Of a stretch of 64,000 bases of DNA, positions 9,632 to 17,546 are shown piece by piece. Numbering within the stretch: the first letter of the stretch is position 1; every line of letters starts with the position of its first letter. The position numbers and the translations under genes are program-made. The DNA is from Flavobacteriales bacterium (lineage in GTDB: Bacteria; Bacteroidota; Bacteroidia; CAIKAF01), in the NCBI GenBank assembly GCA_044376575.1, contig JBILKR010000004.1, forward strand, positions 49,053-113,052. Reading direction: 5' to 3'. The notes beneath the pieces are model-generated. The model made no database searches. It was not told where the DNA came from and worked only from the letters and a program-made list of their open reading frames with translations.

Positions 9632-10510
9632 TTATTTTTTAATAAACCATCCCTTTAAACTATCTCCCCTGCCAATGATAGTGAGAAAATTGTTAGCCAA
9701 ACGTTTCACAATTTTAAGTGTTTTATTTTCTTCAATAGCATGTCTTATTTTTTCATCATCCGATGTGCCTGATAATATTTTTTGTGTTGATTTGCCTTGA
9801 CTTGTTTTCAGACGAGTAAAGCTAATGCCTGTAGTTTCAATTTTTATTGTTTTAAAACCATTGGAATCAAATAGCTTTCGGAGTGTTTTGGGTGTAAAAT
9901 AACTTAAATGTTCAGGATACTGTATCACATTGTATTTTGATTTTAAACGTAATCGGAGTAAAGAATTAAAATTGGGAGTGGTTAGGTAAATTAATCCCCC
10001 CTTTCTCAGAAGTTGATGTATTTTATTTACTTCAGAAGCAGGAGTATTGATGTGCTCAATTACTTCAAATGATGTGATCACATCAAAATAATCATCTTGA
10101 TAATTTGATGTATTTAATGCCCCTGCATGTATAGTAATATTCTTTTCTGATAATAAATTTATTAATCGTTCGGAATATTCTGTTCCATACACCTCCCAGC
10201 CTCTTTTTTGTGCTTCATCAAGGAAATATCCGGCACCACAACCAATATCCATTATACGATTATTTTTGCGGTATTTCTCCATTTGATCTAAAATCTCGTT
10301 GTAACGATTTTTCGTAATTTCAGAACAAAAGAAATTAGTTCCATAATTTTTATAATGTTTACTTAACTCTTTATCAGAAGGGATTCGATTACAAAATACA
10401 AATCCACAATTTTTGCAACTATTCAAAAAAGCACTTTCATATCCGACAAGTGGCTTAATATTTTCGCTGCTGCAAATTAAACAATGGCGATATGTAGGAA
10501 AAGAATTCAA
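9632..10510 (-). CDS. Class I SAM-dependent methyltransferase with N-terminal CxxC...CxxC
   Basis: CLIC/CKNC, MDIGCGAG, FDVIT.FEVIEH, TPN, PEHL.YF. TTG start. Confidence 0.88.
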   Translation of the reverse strand: MNSFPTYRHCLICSSENIKPLVGYESAFLNSCKNCGFVFCNRIPSDKELSKHYKNYGTNFFCSEITKNRYNEILDQMEKYRKNNRIMDIGCGAGYFLDEAQKRGWEVYGTEYSERLINLLSEKNITIHAGALNTSNYQDDYFDVITSFEVIEHINTPASEVNKIHQLLRKGGLIYLTTPNFNSLLRLRLKSKYNVIQYPEHLSYFTPKTLRKLFDSNGFKTIKIETTGISFTRLKTSQGKSTQKILSGTSDDEKIRHAIEENKTLKIVKRLANNFLTIIGRGDSLKGWFIKK

Positions 10511-10549
10511 ATTATCATTTTGATTTTTTTTAATATACTTTTTTATCTA

Positions 10550-10590
10550 CAGCTTCGCCTCCTCAGTCCCAGGTGAAAGGATGAGTCAGC
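10550..10590 (-). promoter_or_regulatory. Candidate ops-like pause/UpxY loading element (hairpin followed by GGCGAAGC)
   Basis: Minus strand CTCATCCT-TTCACCT-GGGACTGAG then GAGGCGAAGCTG, a GC-rich patch just ahead of the glycan genes. Confidence 0.4.
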
Positions 10591-10611
10591 GGGTGTGAAC
10601 ACAGCAGTTGA

Positions 10612-11136
10612 TTAATCTTTTTTCCAGATCAATACGGCGTATTCATTTTCAATCCATCGATCGGCCTCTTCGGGTAGCACGGTCAGGAACCGAATTTTTC
10701 GGTGAATGAACTTTTCTGCCTTTTCAGTCAGCGTAAGTAAATAGACCTTATCTACTTCACCCACTACCATCAAATCGACCACGCCAGAATCCTTCCCACG
10801 CGCATAATCACCGGTAATGTATGCCGCATGTACCGTGCCGAGCTGACGGATGATGTCTTCCACAATGCGGTCTAACCCTACATACTTGGCCACAATAGAC
10901 GTGATTTCATTGAACAGGGGATGAGAAGCACTGGCGCGATAGAGGAGGGTATTACCTTTAGATTCTGTTTCCAGTAAACCTGCTTGTGTCAAGCGGTTTA
11001 GCTCTACCCGAATTCCGTTGGTACTTTCACCAAATTCATCCGACAGCTCGCGCAAATAGGCCTGCATTGCTGGATTCAGGAAGAATTTCAGCAACAGCCG
11101 AACGCGGGTTTTGGATGTAATCAGTGATTCGATCAT
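10612..11136 (-). CDS. Winged-HTH (ArsR-like) regulator with degenerate nucleotidyltransferase-like C-terminal domain
   Basis: SKTR..LL..FF.NP....YLREL...FGES.N..R.EL..L, then GDYARG.D.G.VDL.VVG. Start set at ATG 11136. Confidence 0.8.
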   Translation of the reverse strand: MIESLITSKTRVRLLLKFFLNPAMQAYLRELSDEFGESTNGIRVELNRLTQAGLLETESKGNTLLYRASASHPLFNEITSIVAKYVGLDRIVEDIIRQLGTVHAAYITGDYARGKDSGVVDLMVVGEVDKVYLLTLTEKAEKFIHRKIRFLTVLPEEADRWIENEYAVLIWKKD

Positions 11137-11178
11137 AGATTGAGTAACAAAATTACTCAATCTATCAAAAACATCAAA
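11135..11178 (-). promoter_or_regulatory. Bacteroidota sigma-A promoter overlapped by a perfect 13-bp inverted repeat (candidate operator)
   Basis: TTTG (11175-11178), 19-nt spacer, TAATTTTG (11148-11155). IR is ATAGATTGAGTAA (11135-11147), caaaa, TTACTCAATCTAT (11153-11165). Confidence 0.75.
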
Positions 11179-11201
11179 AATTTACCCATAAAAATGCGTG
11201 T

Positions 11202-11702
11202 TTATTCGATTTTATGTAGAAATTCTCCAGGTAATTTTACTTTGAGGGAGAGTTGTAAGGTATCCAGGGTAAGGTAGAAAAACGATTCACCTGCGTGGTG
11301 CGTAACATGTCCCTTCAAACCTTTGAATAACCCTTGGGTAACAGTTACGCGGTCGCCGGTGGCTAACTTTTCAGAAACCGTTTCGGCGTAGATGCCTTCT
11401 TCAACAAACCGTTGAATAGCTTGTTGATCTTCATCACGAAGCTGTCCCCAATCTGTACCAATTTTCACCGGTGTCACGATGCCCTGTACCAAGCAGATGG
11501 CAGAAAACTGATGGGTGGTGCAACGCACAAACAGGTAGCCTTTAAATAAGGGTTCACTCACTTTTTTCTTGCGGTCGCTCCATTGACGAACGGTGGTTTG
11601 CAGGGGCAGAAAAACTTCATATCCTTTTTGTCTTAAAGATTCCGCTGCTTTTTTTTCAGCCCGCGAAGCGCAGTAGAACACATACCATGCTGGAGATGTC
11701 AT
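11202..11702 (-). CDS. upxY: UpxY family transcription antiterminator (NusG paralog)
   Basis: WY..Y..SRAEKK, FLPL....RQWSDRKKKV..PLF.GY.FV, C-terminal KOW GDRV.V..G.F.G. Confidence 0.93.
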   Translation of the reverse strand: MTSPAWYVFYCASRAEKKAAESLRQKGYEVFLPLQTTVRQWSDRKKKVSEPLFKGYLFVRCTTHQFSAICLVQGIVTPVKIGTDWGQLRDEDQQAIQRFVEEGIYAETVSEKLATGDRVTVTQGLFKGLKGHVTHHAGESFFYLTLDTLQLSLKVKLPGEFLHKIE

Positions 11703-11706
11703 GCTA

Positions 11707-11714
11707 CAAAGGTA
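11707..11714 (-). promoter_or_regulatory. -7 promoter box 4 nt before the upxY ATG
   Basis: Minus strand TACCTTTG-tagc-ATG. No clear -33 TTTG. Confidence 0.55.
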
Positions 11715-11794
11715 ATCAATCGATGTACATTAATACAGAGGGTTGAGATTGAGGGAAAAGTGAGCCCGGTATCGGCAATCATCGCGATGCGAAG

Positions 11795-11978
11795 CCCGAC
11801 CTGATGTATGAAGTGAGGATAAAGAAAATTTTGAATCGTTAACACATTCCAATAAGCACTTGTGTTTGGGAACGAAAGTTTCCACCCTTTTTGTGAATGG
11901 GTCGATGACAAATTTTCGCCGAACGGCTAACATCAGGTCTTGACCTTTTCGTTCTTTTGTGTCAAGACAAAAGAACAA
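11795..11978. repeat. Structured non-coding element (nested inverted repeats plus pseudoknot); dispersed repeat or ncRNA
   Basis: IR 11798-11807/11930-11939 (10/10), 11824-11838/11903-11917 (12/15) and 11951-11960/11967-11976 (10/10). The last has loop GTCAAG, complementary to CTTGAC at 11939-11944. Confidence 0.65.
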
Positions 11979-12019
11979 TAAAAACAAAATACTTTAATGG
12001 AATTTTCATCAACATTCAC

Positions 12020-12120
12020 TTCTCAATACAAGCCTACGGCTCACTCGAACTGACTGAGGACGTTATAATTCGGGTCTTCGAGAACCTCAGACACCGTATA
12101 AATCGAGAGCCTCAGGCTCC
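12020..12120. repeat. Cluster of short REP-like palindromic units
   Basis: TTCTCAATACA..TCACTCGAACTGAC (12020-12054), GTCTTCGAGAACCTCAGAC (12074-12092), TCGAGAGCCTCAGGC (12103-12117). A further copy sits at 21966-21984. Confidence 0.6.
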
Positions 12121-12177
12121 GGATAATTCACTCTTTCAAGCTTCCCCTGCATTTTATATATTTGTAAAAATATTCGA

Positions 12178-15100
12178 TTGAAAAAAGGCTTCCTGCTCGT
12201 TTTAGTTGCATTCATGGGTTCTTGTTTTTTGCAGGGACAATCGATTACTGTTTACTTACCCCATCACCAGGCCGTAACAGCTGATCATAACATGCGGTTT
12301 ACCTGGCAACATCGACCGGATGTTACGCAGTATACCCTCGAACTATCCGCAGATTCGTTGTTTGGCAGTGTACAGACTTATGTGACTTCTAACGATACGT
12401 TGGTGTTGAATGGATTAACTTTAGGTTTCCACTGGTGGAGAGCCAAGGCGGGAAATGGAAACTGGTCGGTGCCCCGTAGATTTTTTGTTTTCAATCCCAA
12501 GCAGATTTCCGGATTAAGTTACTGGGTGAGGGCAGATTCCAATGTGAATGTAATCAACGGAAAAGTTAGTTTAATTTATGATCTCAGTGATTCTGCAAGA
12601 ACTACTACGCAACAAGCCTTTTATTTAATGCCTGATTTTATTCAATATGGAGTAGGCAATTTATCTTCCATTCATTTTGGGAAAAATGGATTATCGGGTC
12701 AAAGTACACGTATGGATTTTAATCCATTGCACTTCCCTCAGGGTGCAACCATGTTTTCAATATGGAATGTAACCGGGAATCCAATTTTATTACAATATTT
12801 ATTTACAGGTCTTATTAATAATTCTTACAAAGGAGGTTTTTTTATTGGAGGAACTTACCCTTCTACCTTTAATTCAGGATGTGAATTTAATACGGGAAAT
12901 TATTTTTCTGCGAATGGTCCCATTCATTTATTTCCAACTCAAACTACAGTTTCAAAAAACTCGGTATGGAGAAATGGAGTCAATTTACCAACTACCCCAA
13001 CTGGTGCGAGCAATGGGATTTCTCTTTCTGTAAATATTCTTGGAGGAAGAGCAGATGTCAATATGACGCATTTATTTACATATGCAGATATTAGTGAAAT
13101 TTTACTCTACGCAGGTGATGTTCCAGATTCCTCACGCATCCTTATTGAGCGTTACTTAATGTCGAAGTATGCGCGCCCTGTCACCCTGCCTTATGATACC
13201 CTAGCTTGTGCGCCATCACTTACCTTAACAGTACCGGGAGGAACAGAAGAATTTAGTTCATTGCTTTGGAGTACAGGTGCGCAAGGGGCATCCATTAACA
13301 TCACTGCGAATGGAACATACCACGTAACGGGTATTTCGCGCATCGGTGGATACACCACTACCGATACCATTCGTGTAAATGGTATTCTTCCTCGTCCGCA
13401 AATTACTCCTTCAACTACTCAATATTTTTGTTTTACACAGGATTCAGTTTTGTTTCAATGCACTAATCAGCAAGTCGGTTTAACTTATCAATGGCATAAT
13501 GGTGCGACGCAGCCTTCCATTTATGTTTCTCAGGGGAATGATATTTACATTACGGCATACGATTCGTTGAGTGGGTGTTCGATTACTTCTGACACTACAC
13601 ATCTTCAACATCAGATTGAAGCGGGGATGATATTTACAGAAGTGTGTGAAGGCAATCCCACCTCATTTACGGACAATAGTCAGGTATATAATCAGTTTAT
13701 CCAGTCGTGGCACTGGGACTTTGGAGATCCGCTCAGTACCACCGATTCATCTAATAATCCCATTTCAACGTATACCTATGCACAGGCAGGAAATTATTAC
13801 GTTTCACTAATCGTTACCGATGTCTCCGGATGTACCGATACTCTCTTTCACCCCGTTACCGTGAAGGCCCTGCCCAATGCCAACTTCTCTTATAATGCGG
13901 CCTGCCTGGGTAGTCCGGTGCAATTCGTCAATCAAAGCAATGCCACGCCTCCCTTGTCTATCGCCGGCTACAAATGGTATTATGGCAATGCCGGCAATGA
14001 TTCTTCTACGGTAGTGAATCCCTCTTTTACATATAATTCTATCGGAAATTATCCGGTTACGTTGGTTGTTACTGCCGATAACGGATGCAAGGATACGATT
14101 ACAAATACTGTGCTTATCGATAAATCCATTAATGCCGCATTTATAATGCCCAATGATACGTTATGCCTGAATGAAACACATTTGTTTGAAGATACTTCAC
14201 AAGTGTTAAATACACAGTATGGTACATCGCTTTGGAAAATTGGAAATGCGTTGGCGGGAAATCAAACAACACAATCTATTGTTTTCAATCAGTCGGGATT
14301 GCAAACCGTTACGCTCATTGTTACTTCTTCGGATCAATGCACTGATAGTCTGAAAAAAAATATACAGGTATTGAGTCCGCCATCTTCACAATTTTCTGTA
14401 ACACCCAATGTTGGTTATCCTCCATTAATCACGCAATATGCCTACACCGGCAATACATCGGGTATTACCTGGGAATGGACATTGCCTTCGGGTGCCGTGG
14501 ATACTGCTTCTACCATCATTCCTGATACGTTATACATCAACGGAACGGATACGGTACAACTTATTACAGTCAATACTTTTGGATGTTCAGATACTACCCT
14601 GCGATTTGTTTCTTCCGTATTTCCGAACCTGAATCTTTATTTAGATTCACTGATGTGCTGGGAACAGGACAGTCAGGTACAATTTTTTGTACACATCACC
14701 AACGTTGGAAACATTCCTGTAGATTCGTTTCAGTTGCAATCATGGATCTCCGGGAATTCACCGTCCATCGAAGCATTTAACGATACCTTATTTGTGAGCC
14801 AGACATTTTCGTATGCTTCTGATTTTACGATGCAGGTGCCGCCGGTGGAAGGCGAGTTGTGTTGTGTGCGTGTAGGTTATGTGCGTGGATTGTTAGGAGA
14901 TACATTACTCAACCGCACATTATGTATTCCGCGGGTGGATCATGCATTTATGGTAATGTCTCCTTTCCCCAACCCTGTGGATGCATCAGCTTCCATTCAG
15001 GTACTGCTTCCTTATGCAGATGTGTTTACACTTGTGATGAGTGATATGCAGGGAAAAATCATCAGTGAAAAAACAATTAACGGAACTGTTGGTGTTAACC

Positions 15101-15198
15101 CTGTATCTTATGATGTGTCGGCGTTATCAGCCGGTGTATATTTTCTTACTGTGCATTATCGCAGTGAGAAAAAAGTTGTGCGGATGATTGTTTACTGA
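12178..15198 (+). CDS. T9SS-secreted surface protein with LamG-like domain, multiple PKD repeats and type A CTD
   Basis: Signal peptide. WDFGD...NP..TY...G.Y.V.L.VT...GC.DT PKD repeats. C-terminal FPNP...G.YF...K.V CTD. TTG start with TATATTTG upstream. Confidence 0.88.
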   Translation: MKKGFLLVLVAFMGSCFLQGQSITVYLPHHQAVTADHNMRFTWQHRPDVTQYTLELSADSLFGSVQTYVTSNDTLVLNGLTLGFHWWRAKAGNGNWSVPRRFFVFNPKQISGLSYWVRADSNVNVINGKVSLIYDLSDSARTTTQQAFYLMPDFIQYGVGNLSSIHFGKNGLSGQSTRMDFNPLHFPQGATMFSIWNVTGNPILLQYLFTGLINNSYKGGFFIGGTYPSTFNSGCEFNTGNYFSANGPIHLFPTQTTVSKNSVWRNGVNLPTTPTGASNGISLSVNILGGRADVNMTHLFTYADISEILLYAGDVPDSSRILIERYLMSKYARPVTLPYDTLACAPSLTLTVPGGTEEFSSLLWSTGAQGASINITANGTYHVTGISRIGGYTTTDTIRVNGILPRPQITPSTTQYFCFTQDSVLFQCTNQQVGLTYQWHNGATQPSIYVSQGNDIYITAYDSLSGCSITSDTTHLQHQIEAGMIFTEVCEGNPTSFTDNSQVYNQFIQSWHWDFGDPLSTTDSSNNPISTYTYAQAGNYYVSLIVTDVSGCTDTLFHPVTVKALPNANFSYNAACLGSPVQFVNQSNATPPLSIAGYKWYYGNAGNDSSTVVNPSFTYNSIGNYPVTLVVTADNGCKDTITNTVLIDKSINAAFIMPNDTLCLNETHLFEDTSQVLNTQYGTSLWKIGNALAGNQTTQSIVFNQSGLQTVTLIVTSSDQCTDSLKKNIQVLSPPSSQFSVTPNVGYPPLITQYAYTGNTSGITWEWTLPSGAVDTASTIIPDTLYINGTDTVQLITVNTFGCSDTTLRFVSSVFPNLNLYLDSLMCWEQDSQVQFFVHITNVGNIPVDSFQLQSWISGNSPSIEAFNDTLFVSQTFSYASDFTMQVPPVEGELCCVRVGYVRGLLGDTLLNRTLCIPRVDHAFMVMSPFPNPVDASASIQVLLPYADVFTLVMSDMQGKIISEKTINGTVGVNPVSYDVSALSAGVYFLTVHYRSEKKVVRMIVY

Positions 15199-15204
15199 TG
15201 AGGC

Positions 15205-16284
15205 TTAGTCGTATTTAAAATAACTGTAATCTTCGTTGCCTTTCATTTGAATCAGATATTCATACATCAATCTTATCACTGATTCTACGTCTTCAGTTTT
15301 TACACTTTCTACCGTAGTATGCATGTATTTTAACGGTAGTGAAATTAAGGCAGATGCTACACCATCGGATGAATATGCAAAGGCATCGGTATCGGTACCT
15401 GTAGCCCTGTCAGCTGTAGTGCGCTGGAATGGAATGTCCTGTGTTTTGGCCACATGAATCAAATCACGCAATAAATTATTTTGTACGGCGGGACCATAGG
15501 TCAGCACCGGCCCTTTACCGCAGGAAAGATCTCCAATCATTTCTTTATCATACATGGGCGATTGGGTATCGTGACATACATCTGTGATGATGGCCACGTT
15601 AGGTTTAATGCGACGTGAAATCATTTCAGCACCGCGCAATCCGATTTCTTCCTGCACCGAATTAACGATATACAATCCAAAAGGAAGGGCATGGTTACGC
15701 TCATGAATCATACGCGCTACTTCGGCAATCATGAATCCGCCGATACGATTATCGAGTGCTCTTCCTGAAATAAATTTCTCTTGATTGAGCCACATCATTT
15801 CATCTTCAAAAGTGACTACACATCCTACGTGTACACCTAAGTTTTCAACCTCTTCGCGAGAGTCGCAACCGCAATCAAGGAAGATGGTTTTTAAGGTAGG
15901 TGCATCTTCTTTTTCGCGTGTACGCACATGTATGGCAGGCCAGCCAAACACGGCCTTTACAATACCTTTTTCTGTATGAATATTTACTCTTTTTGAAGGT
16001 GCAATTAACGGATCAGATCCTCCGTTGCGTTTCAAATAAATGTATCCTTTCTCACTGATGTAATTCACATAATAAGCAATCTCATCGGCATGTGCTTCAA
16101 TCGCTACCTTGTATGGAGCATCGGGATTGATTACTCCCACAACACTTCCGTAAATGTCTGTGATAAATGTATCCACATACGGACGAAGGTAATTCATCCA
16201 CAATTGTTGCCCTTTTACTTCGTATCCTGTAGGTGAAGCATTATTGAGATATGCTTCCAGAAATTTTTTGCTCTCGTTTTTCAT
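15205..16284 (-). CDS. M42 family metallopeptidase (FrvX-like)
   Basis: SPTGYE, AHADEI, ALDNR.G, VQEEIGLRGA, GTD, YMHT. Confidence 0.93.
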   Translation of the reverse strand: MKNESKKFLEAYLNNASPTGYEVKGQQLWMNYLRPYVDTFITDIYGSVVGVINPDAPYKVAIEAHADEIAYYVNYISEKGYIYLKRNGGSDPLIAPSKRVNIHTEKGIVKAVFGWPAIHVRTREKEDAPTLKTIFLDCGCDSREEVENLGVHVGCVVTFEDEMMWLNQEKFISGRALDNRIGGFMIAEVARMIHERNHALPFGLYIVNSVQEEIGLRGAEMISRRIKPNVAIITDVCHDTQSPMYDKEMIGDLSCGKGPVLTYGPAVQNNLLRDLIHVAKTQDIPFQRTTADRATGTDTDAFAYSSDGVASALISLPLKYMHTTVESVKTEDVESVIRLMYEYLIQMKGNEDYSYFKYD

Positions 16285-16354
16285 ACAACGAAAATAATGA
16301 ATCTGCCGGAAAACAATTCACGTAATGAATTCAATTATATTTGTACCTATACCT

Positions 16355-17095
16355 ATGTCAATGAAATCAACGGTACTTATACTTGGCGCCGGCTCAGATG
16401 TGGCCCGTGCCCTGGTGCATACCTATGCATCAAAGGGATTCGATATACAGCTTGCGGCCCGGTCTCAGGAAGTCATGGATCCCATGGTGAGTGACGTGCA
16501 GATTCGCTATGCGGTGAATTGTACAGCCCATGTATTTGATGCAGAAAATACAGCGTCTCATGCACAGTTTATTCATCAATTGCCCGTGCAACCGGATGTG
16601 GTGATTTGTGTGTTTGGATATTTGGGTACACAAGAAAAAGCAATGCAGGACTGGAATGAAGCCTCCCGTATTATTCAGGTGAATTATACCGGTGCTGTTT
16701 CAATACTTAATGCATTTGCATCCCTCATGAGAGCCAAACAGCAAGGCACCCTCATCGGGATTAGCTCTGTAGCAGGTGAACGCGGAAGACAAAGCAACTA
16801 TATTTACGGCAGTGCAAAAGCAGGTTTTACAGCATACCTTTCCGGATTAAGAAATGATTTGTTTCATCACGGAGTACATGTGCTTACCGTAAAGCCCGGA
16901 TTTATCCGAACCGCCATGACGCAGGGATTACCTTTACCTGCTCCACTAACGGCCACCGCTCAACAAGTAGCTGATGCAATTTATCGAGCTCATCAGAAAA
17001 AGAAAAATGTGTTGTATGTATTGTGGATGTGGAAATACATCATGTGCATTATTCGAAATATTCCTGAAGGAATTTTTAAAAAATTAAAAATGTAA
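16355..17095 (+). CDS. SDR oxidoreductase, DprE2-like
   Basis: ILGAGSDVA, SSVAGERGRQSNYIYGSAKAG, VKPGF..T.MT. Confidence 0.85.
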   Translation: MSMKSTVLILGAGSDVARALVHTYASKGFDIQLAARSQEVMDPMVSDVQIRYAVNCTAHVFDAENTASHAQFIHQLPVQPDVVICVFGYLGTQEKAMQDWNEASRIIQVNYTGAVSILNAFASLMRAKQQGTLIGISSVAGERGRQSNYIYGSAKAGFTAYLSGLRNDLFHHGVHVLTVKPGFIRTAMTQGLPLPAPLTATAQQVADAIYRAHQKKKNVLYVLWMWKYIMCIIRNIPEGIFKKLKM

Positions 17096-17096
17096 T

Positions 17097-17546
17097 ATGG
17101 AACTTCAATTGTTTTCTGATGAAAATTTTATGAAGGAGGCTATCCGCGAAGCCTTGAAAGCACAAGTGGAAGATGAAGTTCCGATAGGGTGTGTGGTAGT
17201 GCAGAACAACCGCATCATTGCCCGTGCGCATAACCTCACCGAAACACTCAATGATATCACAGCGCATTCAGAAATGCAGGCCATCACAGCGGCAGCGAAT
17301 CATGTGGGTGGAAAATATCTCAACGAATGTACTATATACATTACCCTTGAACCTTGTTTAATGTGTGCAGGCGCATTGCGCTGGGCACAGGTAGGTAGAA
17401 TCGTATTTGGTGCTTATGATAAAAAATACGGATTCGGTAAATACATCGAAAAAATTACCCATCCCAAAACACAAGTGCTGGGCGGTGTAATGGAAGAAAC
17501 CTGCAGTAAAATTCTGTCTGAATTTTTTAAGAAAAAAAGGCGTTAG
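17097..17546 (+). CDS. tadA: tRNA-specific adenosine deaminase
   Basis: EVPIG, TAHSE, TLEPCLMCAGA, FF...R C-terminus. Confidence 0.9.
   Translation: MELQLFSDENFMKEAIREALKAQVEDEVPIGCVVVQNNRIIARAHNLTETLNDITAHSEMQAITAAANHVGGKYLNECTIYITLEPCLMCAGALRWAQVGRIVFGAYDKKYGFGKYIEKITHPKTQVLGGVMEETCSKILSEFFKKKRR

Noticed and set aside
11795-11940. Invertible promoter bounded by the 10-bp inverted repeats upstream of upxY
   Set aside because: No consensus TAnnTTTG promoter found between the repeats and no invertase nearby. The extra nested stems fit a folded element better. Read-level inversion data would settle it.
11699-12181. Short ORFs 11699-11911, 11730-11987 (MFLLFFCLDTKE...) and 11957-12181
   Set aside because: They overlap the palindromic non-coding elements and have no protein-like features; most likely spurious translations of repeats.
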